DNA of 64,000 nucleotides. Source: Antedon mediterranea (lineage: Eukaryota; Animalia; Echinodermata). Each line of letters opens with the position of its first letter. Positions within the stretch are counted from its first letter, which is position 1. Made by a program: the position numbers and the translations under genes. Where the stretch lies: positions 4,796,101 to 4,860,100 of the forward strand of contig NC_092677.1 in the NCBI RefSeq assembly GCF_964355755.1, given 5' to 3'. A model generated the notes under the pieces. The model saw only the letters and a program-made list of their open reading frames with translations, was not told where the DNA came from and made no database searches. Of this stretch, positions 37,901-45,043 are shown piece by piece.

Positions 37901-39809
37901 TCAAAATTCAAAATGGTTTTGACTTACCCCAAATGCTTCGGATCCAATTAAAAATGAATTAAAGGAATGCAAAAAGTGTTCAAAAATGTCTAAATGTTCA
38001 AACAACGAATTAAAGAAATGTTAAAGGTGCTCATCAATGTTCAAATTTTCAAACAACGAATTAAAAAAAATGCGAAAGGTGTTCATCAATGTTCAAAAAA
38101 AGTAAATGTTAAAAAAAACGATCGAGAAAAAAAACGGCGTGAAGTTGAAAGTCTCTAAACGAAACAGTTCTTGTCCGCTTGCTTCTGTTTTGATTCTTCT
38201 TGGGTCTTCCTCGATTATCTTCTTTGTCTTTATCCAATGGTTATAATTTCATAAAATTTCTGCTTGTCTCGATTTCATTCAAATATAATTTCAGCTTGTC
38301 TTTTGTGTCTTCCTCGATTATCTTCTTTGTCTTCATCCAATGGTAATAATTTGATAAAATTTCTGCTTGTCTCGATCTCATTCAAATATCCTTTCAAACA
38401 AATATGGTTATTTTTGTCTTTGTCTTCGTCTTCGTGTCTTGTTAAGTGTTTATTTCTTGTTTTCTCACTCCGTTCCTTATGAAATTTGGGTCTTCCACCA
38501 TGTAATATAATGTTTGGGTTGTTGAGGTACTAATGAAGACTCTTACTCGCTTGACTGTCGTAACACATATATTATTTATTCAGTATAATACTTCAGTACA
38601 ATATACAACTATAAGTATAGATAAGGAACGGACGTCAATGATTGATGCTGTCAGTGAGGTGTGAAGTGTGTAGGTCTGCTTCTGAAGAAGTGGCTGTGAG
38701 GTGTGTGCTCTGTGAGGTGGCTGTGAGGTGTGTGCTCCGTGAGGTGGCTGTGAGGTGTGTCCGGGCCCTTCTGAAACTTGGGAGTATATTGGCTCAGTTC
38801 ATTTGCATAATGTCATTACATCATCTGTGAGGGTAACGATTGGTCCTAAGTTGATCCAGGGGTGTTTAAGTGGGAATGATTAACGGTATAATAAGGTATT
38901 TCTGTGATGGATGACACTGTCAAATCTGTACTTAAATAGTGTCAATCACTCCTGGTTTAACGATGGGAAAGTCCCAAAATTAAGCTAAGTGTTCTCTTTA
39001 GGGACTCTATTATAAACTAAATGGTCATTAAAACATCTGGACAAACTCTCCTTTGGACTTTCTGGGTCAAGTTTGTGAACCTATTTAAATTCCGATACAA
39101 AGGTCAATTTCTTAAATATAAAAGTATATCGTTATATCACAATATTCCGTCTGTGTCATGTACGTAAGCTATCACGTCCAAAATATAAGCTGAAAAGGGT
39201 TAGCGTCGCTACGTTGTATGAACAACTCAAAGTTTTTTACTTGATCTAATCAATTATTGTATAAAAGCTAAAAATGTTATAACAAATAATGAACAATGGT
39301 GTACCCCGCTACATATTTAAAAAAAATTATTCTATTGATTAATATTGCTTTTTCATTCATCATTTCACAGTTACTTATATTAACTGGGTGGTTTAGGCTC
39401 AATTTTTCCTTTATGGACGGTAATAATATTTAATTTAATCATAATTAATTAATTATGTATTATTATCTAGGGTGGTATTGTACGCTTACCAACAAAGACA
39501 AATGGGTTCTACCAAATAGCAATGGCAAACCTTGGACACGAAGCATATAGTGAGCTTACACTTTACTTCAGTAAAGATGGTTGTAAAACCTGGTATGATC
39601 TATGCAAGCTATTACGTCCGGCCAAGAAAGGACTTTTCCAGCTACGTTCAGTGAATGCAAAAGACTGGGATCTAGCTTACTACAGTATGAAAGATATGGA
39701 AGGAATAGTGTGTGTTTATGATACACATTGTTCAAAAACAAATGGTTACAACATTGAAGTGCAGTTGATTTCTAATGAAGAAATACAAAGAAAAATTTAT
39801 AAGTTATAA
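1907..39809 (+). CDS. Gene A: multi-exon type I membrane IgSF receptor (3 Ig-TM-ITIM/ITSM tail-Ig domains) with a C-terminal sialidase-like (GH33/NEU) domain; start exon not identified
   Basis: Manually chained AG/GT exons with matching phases: 1907-1958, 2201-2533, 2642-2950, 3987-4211, 4834-4905, 5314-5574, 5950-5992, 6144-6294, 6862-6925, 9041-9078, 9880-9997, 10856-10874, 12199-12218, 12554-12685, 12865-13176, 14182-14508, 14736-14774, 15578-15626, 16203-16352, 16535-16722, 29366-29440, 29816-29913, 30122-30262, 39471-39809. Sum is 3555 nt with no internal stop. Exon 9275-9395 (stop) must be skipped; extra microexons at 6.7-8.4 kb are possible. Could alternatively be two genes. Confidence 0.62.
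2201..2533 (+). CDS. Gene A exon: N-terminal Ig V-type domain
   Basis: VVITCDY...IQW...GRF...ADLVM...DSKRTFQC pattern; AG/GT phase-1 boundaries; paralogous to 54083-54415 and 62600-62929. Confidence 0.9.
2642..2950 (+). CDS. Gene A exon: Ig I-set domain
   Basis: EGQSVTFTC..GDPIPHITWY..SVLKI..EDGGRYTCKA; phase-1 boundaries. Confidence 0.92.
3270..3341 (+). tRNA. Degenerate tRNA-Val(AAC)-like pseudogene
   Basis: GTAGTGGTTATCAC D-arm, TTAACAC anticodon loop, GGTTCGAGCC B-box, followed by oligo-T; acceptor and T stems mismatched. Confidence 0.6.
3555..3626 (+). tRNA. tRNA-Val(AAC)-like copy, probably a pseudogene
   Basis: GGTTTCG/CGAAACC acceptor stem, TCTGC-TTAACAC-GCAGA anticodon arm, GTTCGA T loop; D-stem mismatch and shortened T arm. 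Confidence 0.7.
3987..4211 (+). CDS. Gene A exon: short membrane-proximal Ig (C2-like) domain
   Basis: ATCTAEGHPKP...LTCYAEN; paralogous to 52759-52983. Confidence 0.85.
4834..4905 (+). CDS. Gene A exon: transmembrane helix
   Basis: ttttcag|...|gtaagt; translates DLKSFYIILIFVIVGLFLWLLLLV; phase 1 on both sides. Confidence 0.85.
8682..8945. repeat. 23-bp minisatellite, about 11 copies
   Basis: Tandem ACATGTCATATTCTCAGATGTAA. Confidence 0.95.
9041..9997 (+). CDS. Gene A duplicated two-exon ITIM/ITSM cassette (A1 9041-9078, B1 9275-9395 with in-frame TAG, A2 9582-9619, B2 9880-9997)
   Basis: B2 = NKEIQYADLDLKASSSGKIIHNEQQTQYMEVSKGRLVKK; B1 = KVIQYADLDLQASTSEKIISNDRKTP*AYIELSKGRLIKK; AG/GT boundaries with 1-0 and 0-1 phases. 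Confidence 0.8.
11732..11905. mobile_element. pogo/Tigger-like MITE
   Basis: TA|CCGTAAAACCTCGAAAAG...CTTTTCGAGGTTTACGG|TA; internal CTCGAAAAGAAGCCC repeats. Confidence 0.8.
12554..14508 (+). CDS. Gene A post-TM Ig exons: C-half Ig (12554-12685), Ig (12865-13176), Ig (14182-14508)
   Basis: DSARYNC, DVGKYQC and DAGEYRC F-strand motifs; C-strand Trp (YKWKK, FWK); all phase 1. Confidence 0.85.
15578..39809 (+). CDS. Gene A sialidase/neuraminidase-like beta-propeller (7 exons), probably catalytically degenerate
   Basis: YRYP (F/YRIP-like), FCE..IIMRRG..W, four Asp-box-like motifs (TDDKGDNW, STDDGDIW, SNDGCETL, SKDGCKTW), GCQGG, AY, CVYD, all collinear with vertebrate NEU2/3/4. Confidence 0.85.
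17935..18720. repeat. About 112-bp tandem repeat (about 6 copies, decaying) at left end of the EnSpm-like element
   Basis: GTTGAAAATGAAAGTTTGCCTCAACG recurs at 17963, 18075 and onward. Confidence 0.9.
19740..20729. mobile_element. Mutator-like MITE with 9-bp TSD, containing a small palindromic MITE (about 19855-20033)
   Basis: TAATATTTA|CGCCGTGGTTAGGATTCCGGCACCG...CGGTGCCGGAATCCTAACCACGGCG|TAATATTTA; TIR about 80-90 bp; inner TGGTTCCCACTAG...CTAGTGGGAACCA. Confidence 0.82.
22020..24250. repeat. 61-bp satellite, about 35 copies, at right end of the EnSpm-like element
   Basis: GTTAGAAATACAATGTTATTTCAACGTTGGATCAACATTGATAAATTAACGTAAATTACTA shifts by 1 nt per 60-nt line. Confidence 0.95.
24374..28096 (-). 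mobile_element. Academ DNA transposon (internally deleted)
   Basis: CTA|TAGACTGTGGGCT...AGCCCACAGTCTA|CTA: TAG..CTA termini, 3-bp TSD, inverted subterminal blocks (CCCCTGGGGATTTT; AAATCAGGTTGTCTGCACATTGCGCA). Confidence 0.82.
25198..27360 (-). pseudogene. Disrupted Academ transposase with XPG-like nuclease region
   Basis: Consecutive broken ORFs with YDHQNYARY, DITIEQTINRHAK, VDFVTDTY, QEEADTKLILH, SPDTDVFILL, LHAFSCCDTTSAF, LKMHVKRSNYQAFIW; several frameshifts and stops; N-terminus missing. Confidence 0.78.
30593..31233 (-). repeat. 3' LTR of the Gypsy element
   Basis: Direct repeat of 38501-39141. Confidence 0.95.
32143..36858 (-). CDS. pol: Gypsy Pol (protease, RT, RNase H, integrase)
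   Basis: LFDSGS protease; IDLKSAFH and AHHDDII RT; YSDTS/TELE/VDH/ADFLSR RNase H; HHCC plus D,D,E integrase; frame stays open up to the gag stop in the -1 frame. Confidence 0.95.
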   Translation of the reverse strand, partial: GFLKRGLDAAYNLAPHTKYDNFKAKYLGNSDNIDLLLNDRNYVKGNLPDGRNVLTLFDSGSTRAIISQSYVNSSLYLSRLKPVKVNTTKFRLGNGDFLYANHLVQFELFIQGHKFKISALIVKNLTGIDLILGTETLSELDGTLNFKENTFRIRPKIFSFRPVHKIFLKPGDTKTVKLKGRVPAFGRNSDVVLHATTHISKLCPSDMLVKLHRGETNIDITNNTNRNVSLNTHQPIASLHLTNLVTVTNDLPIDRIKLTNDNANKYPHLERTDPLLTLTEEEIIRKQVDLKDSVLTHREKEDLYKTLQQNRNAFSLYGELSSCPNFKADIHLSNDEPFFIRPYFATDKDKHVIEAELKKLVKLGILAVGHQSYTSPVLLVSKKNSKDKRVVTDFRYLNSRIKRINHPFPLLAETLKTIGNANAQILSVIDLKSAFHCVPLAEHAQQYTGIASYHGGKHYYYKRLAQGLNVSPGIFQAKIDEILNEIPNSREFCIAHHDDIILFSQDKFAHKQHLVSVLQALQLNGFRICPKKCKLFKNKVQYMGHTILINSSGHACITPLGDRCAAIRNLPVPRTHKETKRFIGAVNYVSHFFPQIQSILRPLHTLASKRRKFCWSTEHQKAFDEIKQLMVKPPTLQMPRKEGRFTLYSDTSRTATGSYLTQTVSGKEHIIGYYSKILPQACQRYSVTELELFGLYINVSAFRHLLKGCEFDAFVDHSAIVQIWNSKDQPCTPRLKKLILRLSGYIFQIGYKKGTELVLADFLSRAPRDDDSEIDQIVPIAFNITETESLNPITNTSTCRPVTRSYAKKMGINIPDLHKPKPVQTPVINQNPVTTNTRPTPQPSTTPQIITRQQTNAHRSPPIITPPIVTPPPIRNVNIRQPPEERLVDKNKQSKDTTHRNVPVELYTSPKPLVPNITEFKSAHIPKQQDLNRLMDVIQRKIIRDYNLPVDVKQLRVEQETSPFFKPVYDYLAHDILPADKKAARAVQNKSEQYILCNGLLFRLFFQDKGGEFVLQLAVPENLAETVISQYHDNLLSSHQGTMRTYLTIRKLFYMPLMFEKVNNYTQACLRCQQFRPKTDKLRPLHDRVPATYRPFHTLSLDFKSMPTSPSGFKHIMVVCDEITRFLICVPLKSIDAETICEALIQKVISIFGPPSRLISDAATSLTGKLLTLLCNTLNIDRKIISVHNHGSLQVERHIRTVSDLLKVNLNQFGTDWVRFVSTTCYAYNSFSSPHLGNHSPYELVFGRQPPSLTSLAFNPISGLSHSYEEYFEHLKKKFQNISQTMLQLQRTQQNVQNSKISQRLEKSPIYSVGQLVYLYKPTSSSLTANSKKIAAEWVGPLVIHEVLDRTHYILATIKGEILRDVFNYNRLKPCFMRTPKERKNFTHLQKLKQLLNEPTDDNNDKIQNTINVVNDEINVEFVDEHDRTPAQLQSDTLTHPTKIEPLNLQPYIDCVENNMGLAAPFQMKEEQIKEQTNLIMTAPNDLNMTLNRGRFKAGQFQVLVSYSKPTSVKRNTDKTKQESNDRKFWWNIDRYNDTDKLIKEIINDKQIPISGSPKRFIKRLYNATSY
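36849..37814 (-). CDS. gag: Gypsy Gag with CCHC zinc knuckle
   Basis: 321-aa ATG ORF; LQGQARLW capsid-like segment; CYYCGKPGHIARHC. Confidence 0.92.
   Translation of the reverse strand: MVDVVDNEVILNEPVNPHPVPHLRQTDFLPKRYDGSITDHDQCSAHYLSFTDYLEAHTLENPVNNAQLINVISIFKRSLQGQARLWIEGKQFDSLESLKTQFINRFSKNKSIYAHIREYDSITYTTGDNAENHLTKIKQAADRIGYADQQIKNKFISTLPPKCKAAVAMSTPIDATIENIVNSTQNYLELSVDDATREVSFNINKETDRPNSLESLQHEINSLKLDMATTKRSLNDDTRRSRSPTRNYIPRRNRSPSPYKPRFQTPPTPRYRQLPPTCYYCGKPGHIARHCRQQNRSYGNYPPPYPYQQSNNYYPSHQQDF
38501..39141 (-). repeat. 5' LTR of the Gypsy element
   Basis: Direct repeat of 30593-31233, adjacent to the PBS. Confidence 0.95.
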
Positions 39810-39863
39810 GTTTTGTTACATACAAATGGACGTACCTTGAAATCGGCATGCACTATATTGTTC

Positions 39864-39869
39864 AATAAA
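39864..39869 (+). terminator. Candidate polyadenylation signal of gene A
   Basis: AATAAA 55 nt after the TAA at 39809; the hexamer is common in AT-rich DNA. Confidence 0.3.
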
Positions 39870-40249
39870 GACACTGGTCGGAAACAAGATTCTATCATTA
39901 TACTGAGATTAGGTTCATGAGTTAATAAACTCATGTGGAAAAAACTTGCATATCAAAAACAGTTTTGTCTGGCTAATCGGCTAGACTTCTTCAGCATGAG
40001 GTGATGTTATTAACTGTTCCGTCATAGATTTTTTTGTAACCTTAGTCAGAGGGTGTTTAATAATTATAATTTATGATGTAGCAAAAACTGTGGTGTATTT
40101 ACTTTTAGTAATTTGTAGAATAAGGAGAGGATACTTTTTTTCGAATGAAAATATCTTCTATTATATTTGTTAAAACATCAAATTGCAGTAAATTGATTCA
40201 ATTACCTTGTTAGTCTAATAATAAATCGTTGCACTTATATATAATATAT

Positions 40250-41883
40250 GTGACCCGCTCTGGCGAAACCCGCTGTTTGTCGGCATTTCAAATTTCGCGC
40301 TAGTAGCAAACAACGTAAAAATTTGTCATATCGGCCAAATTCGGATTTTTGCATATTATGAAAGAAGAAGTATTAAAGAACAATTGTACCAAATATGAAT
40401 CTCCAAATCCAAATAAAAAGTGTAAAAAATACCATTTTAAAACACCCACCTAATATTCAGCCTGTTAACCTAACGATTTTAAGTCCCACGGGTAAGAAAA
40501 CTTCGAATTATTGTTCATATTCTTTGAATCGTTATTCGAAAACGCCATGACAGTTTACAGAGTGCCATACACCAAATTAAAGCCAAGACATAGCTTAATC
40601 CAAATATGGCAGTTATAGGCAGGGCTAAGCAAATTAACCAATAGTAAACCGATTTTTCCATGACATCATTTTAAAATCTGTCACTCAACTCGTAAACTGA
40701 AACCGTTGTTGCTAACCACGTGACAACAACATTTCGTTTTGATTGGTCAATACTCATTGTGTTCTCGATTTACTGGAAAATCCAAAATGGAGGCTTACTC
40801 GGTGGGCATGGCCATGAGGCCGTTTTCGACATCAATGTTTATGGTAACGACGCTTTGGATTTCAATTTCTTCATTAGTTGATGTTTACAACGCTATTGAA
40901 TCAGTTATTAATGTTATTTGCTTAAAATGTCGAGTTCGAATGATTTGGGAGAAAATGGGATAGCCGCGATGTTGAATATGATGCCAGAGCCTGTGGAATG
41001 TATGTAGTAGAAAACTTGGATGATGTTTTGACCGATTACTTTGCATTACCCTCAGGGTATGATTCGGATAACGGTAAGTACTGTGATTAAAATAAGCATT
41101 AAAATCAAAATATACGTCAAATATACTTTTTATAGCCCATTATGCCTAGGCTAAGCTAACCTAACATTTTTATTTTTAACCCGATAGTTTCACTCAGTTA
41201 GTGAAATAGGCCCGTCCGCCCTTCTTGAACCTGATCGTAGGCCTAGGTTAGGTAGGCCTAACTAAAATATTTTCTTGGGCATACCGTAGTCAACTATTAC
41301 TACGGTTTATGCTAGGCCTATGCTACCTACTAATACGTACAAATAACAAAGCATGTTTATACTAAGTACTACTCTACTACTACTAGGCCTAGCTAGACCT
41401 AACCTAGATACCTAGGCTAGTAGTAGTAGGTTAGGCCTACACTTCTACTAGGCCTATTTAATTTTTCTCAATAGTTGGCGCATAAAGGACTTTAAACTAC
41501 TACAATAAAAACAAACTAATTATTATAATTGTATATGCTTCTTTAAATAGATGCAGGAAATGTGAGTAGTGATGATGATTCTGTTGATCATGAAGATGAA
41601 TCAATTGTCACTGGAAGTAGCGATGATGATCAGATGTCGGATGTAGAAAGTGAAGAACAAATGGATATTGAGCAGGACTCCACCCGAAATTGTTGATGAT
41701 GCTGAAAATGAATTTGAAGCAGCAAATAACATTGCCCAGAATCTTGATATTGTAGTGCCACAAGAGAAAGTGTGTAAATGTAACTGTATCATCTTCAATG
41801 GTCAAAAATGCATTAACCAGTTCACAGACGATGAGATGAATGAAATAAGTTTTATTCAATCGTTTTTTTTTACAGCAGAATAA
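40250..41883 (+). mobile_element. Truncated DNA-transposon remnant with acidic/Cys-rich N-terminal exons (possibly Sola-like)
   Basis: Exon-like pieces at about 41010-41074 and 41551-41850: D/E-rich, then CKCNC-x6-C-xx-QF, with a frameshift; no catalytic core or partner TIR seen. Confidence 0.3.
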
Positions 41884-43154
41884 ATTAAAACTGAACTTGT
41901 GGGCATGAAAACATGTTATAATGCTTATGAACCTCTATTAAATGCAATAATTCTTATTAAAATTACTTTTTTATTTCTTTGTTTGCCACGCAGAAAAAAA
42001 GACTGTACATAAAAGTAATAATATACAAAATAAATTATTAAAAATGGCAGGATTTTTATTTGCCAAAGTTACAGTTATTTTTTCCTTATTTTCACATGTT
42101 AATTGTTTATTACATGGCTCCAACACCCACCCACCCAGATGCCCTGCTTTTCGAGAAGTTGTTATTTCAATTTCACATTGTTCGTAAACCAAACATTGTT
42201 TCATTGGGCTGGGATCTACAAAGCATTGTTTTTATTGGGCTGGGATCTACAAAATTCTATTGATCATTGTAAAATAGTAAAGTTTTATTACAAATAATTT
42301 ATATCACATTTTAATTCAATTCAAAATTATTTAATCATCCCACACGGGGCAATTCAAATAAAAAGGTCTGAATTAAAATGATCTTACAAAATACACAAAA
42401 TATCACAATACACAGTACAAAATAAGTTTAGTCAGCAAACGATTCGGTCAGACCTCCTAAGATAATGCACAACCTTCTCGATTTAATCAACAATTTTTAA
42501 ACCCCGGTTGCGAGGCGGGTTTGTGAAAATTATTGGGTTTGTCCGTCTGATTATATTGAAATTGCTATTTCGCCGACATTCATTTTGTGGCGCACGTGGT
42601 TTTGCGAGTTTTAACGGATTGCGTTTATACCAGGACGAGGTCAATGCTTCCTTACTAACCAGATAATTCCGTAATCACTGCAGTGTATATCAGGAAAATC
42701 TTCCTTTGAATTATAGGCCTTCGTTACGAGAATCGACTTCAGACTTATAAACTATTTATCCGTACTGTACGTTGGGTTCTGCGTTACGGGCTTTCTGTGT
42801 GTGCACACTGTACATTGCGTAGCGGGCTACAACAATGACGCACGCGACATCGACAGTTTGCGAGCAAATATTTTTCTACGAGGCCCTTAATTGTTTATAG
42901 TCCACGAGTGACAACGTAGTCAGAGACTACGACATGCTATCGTTCATAAGAAACGAGAGCAATCTTTTTCAACCAACGGTTGCCGTCCGTGGCCAATCAT
43001 TAAGGACTTTACGTAATTTACGAAACACGAAGGGAAGGTGCTCATGAATAATGTATGCGTGAGCTTTAACAAAGTGGGCGGAGCTTAGAGTGAAATTCCG
43101 TCGTCTTTAACTTTATAACGATAAAGTTGTCCTGGTACGGATAAGGCGTGATTC

Positions 43155-45043
43155 CAGGCCCGTAGCCAGAATGCATCAGAGGGGGGGTTTTCTTGACACC
43201 AAGTATTTTGCGAGCGCAGCGAGCAACTGTAGGCTGGGGGCCAGGGGCCGCCAAGGGCCCCCGGTCGGGGTCGAGGGGGTGAAGGCCCCTGGAAGCTTTG
43301 GCTCTCAGAGCAATTTCGGTTGTTTTAATAAGCTTACAGCAGAGACATTTTTTACCTACTAAAATCTGAGTTATGCAGAGAAATTATATAGTACAGTATT
43401 ATGGAAGTTAGTAGTACTGATCATGAAATACAGCTTTATTGTTGCAAAAAAGTATATTATATTAGGCCCTTAAATAATTTCTTATCCTATAAACATAAAA
43501 AACAAATAGTACCGTATATTTCGGTGTACAAGTCGCACCTGTGTATAAGATGCACCCATAACGGAACCTGAAATATTAGTATTTTTTATGTAGTCGATGC
43601 ATAAGACGCACTTATTTCTAGGCCGAAATTTAAACATTTTACAATCAAAATAATGGTATTTTAATAATAAAACAACGATATTTGAGACATATTTATTAGA
43701 ATCAAATGATATAATTTTGTTTGATTGCCTTTATTACATCGTAATCAGTCTCTACTTCAACTGAACGTTCAATGAAAAGGGAAATCCCCATATTGTTTCA
43801 GTTACGATGCACTGTGTGGGTAGGGCTAGCCTATGTCTATTTAAGTAACTTTAATTTCATATTATTTAAATATATACCTTCTTATTGTGTGTATGACCAT
43901 TATAAAATCAATCCAGATGATGTTCAGTTTTTTGGGCTGATAATGAACCAGGAATATCATGTTGGGTAGGCCTATATGAAAATCTTTCCTATTTCCATGC
44001 ATGCATTACAGCAATATGAGGAGATGTGCTCCTTGCCTGGTGGCCAGCACTGTTGGCCATATACACTATGAGATTAGGGGAAGCTACTTAACACAATAAC
44101 AACACACTCTTTTAGATATCGCTTGACATACGAACTATTGCCTACATGATTATAAAATTATGTGATTGTTGATATAGAGATGTAATAAACATAAACCACC
44201 GTGATCAAGGGAAATAGTTATTGTGTAATTAAAATGTGACACTACCGTAAGTAATGGACTCTTCCATAAATGTGTTGCGCTGTGATGCTGCATGCTGCTG
44301 CTAGAATACACACCCGCGAGTTCAGAGAGTATTACTAGGCCTGGGTAAAATATCTAATGCGTACTGTAATATTAATTAATACAGTCGAGGATGACAATTT
44401 ACCTTAACTAAAAATTCAATAAACTTGTTACCCGCTGTGGTTAGACAGGAGTGAGTAACTAGCTAGGCTTACATTGCAGAGTAGTACACTATTTTTAATT
44501 AATTTAAGTATTAGTAGGTAATTAAATTAATTAGGGTAACATTGGTCAAATTTGCGTGTCAAAAGTGCGTCTTATACACCGAAATATACGGCAGGCCTAC
44601 GTACACGTACCAATTTAACTCAGCACCATTTTTATTCAAGTTTACACAGTGAAATTCTTTGGTTTAATGAAAAATATTTCCAGGAAAAAAATAAAAATCC
44701 CCAAAAAGATTGAACTGAACTGAACGTAATCTTGTGCGTTCCGAAAAGCCCGGCCGAAGCACGCGATTGGTCAGTCCATTTTCTGTCATATTTATAACCA
44801 TCATCTCTCAACAATCTCTCGATCTCACGCTCAGCAGTGACTTTGACATCGGACAATCTTTATATTCGATCGATTTAAACATAGTCAATAGAAGTAAAAT
44901 GACCAAAAAATCTGCTATAATTGATAATTAATTGCACGATTTTGGAAGTGGGGCCTTTGTTTTTCAAGGGGGGTTCGCTGGTAAAAGGGGGGGGGGGGGG
45001 GGTTCGCCCGAACCCCTAAAAAAAACCCCTGGCTACGGGCCTG
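43155..45043. mobile_element. Non-autonomous TIR element (hAT-like termini) with 5-bp TSD
   Basis: GATTC|CAGGCCCGTAGCCAG...CTGGCTACGGGCCTG|GATTC. Confidence 0.75.
43512..44591. mobile_element. pogo/Tigger-like non-autonomous element nested in the hAT-like element
   Basis: TA|CCGTATATTTCGGTGTACAAGTCGCAC...GTGCGTCTTATACACCGAAATATACGG. Confidence 0.8.

Larger units (their letters stand above)
30593..39141 (-). mobile_element. Full-length Ty3/Gypsy LTR retrotransposon, antisense in the last intron of gene A
   Basis: 641-bp TG..CA LTRs (30593-31233, 38501-39141) with about 4 differences by eye; ATAT TSD; PBS TGGTGGAAGACCC at 38488-38500; polypurine tract at 31234-31258; PR-RT-RH-IN order. Confidence 0.95.

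Noticed and set aside
30734-38830. Twin ORFs with EVAVRCVLR repeats, and + strand ORFs over gag/pol
   Set aside because: Short tandem repeats inside the two LTRs and antisense shadows of the retroelement ORFs.
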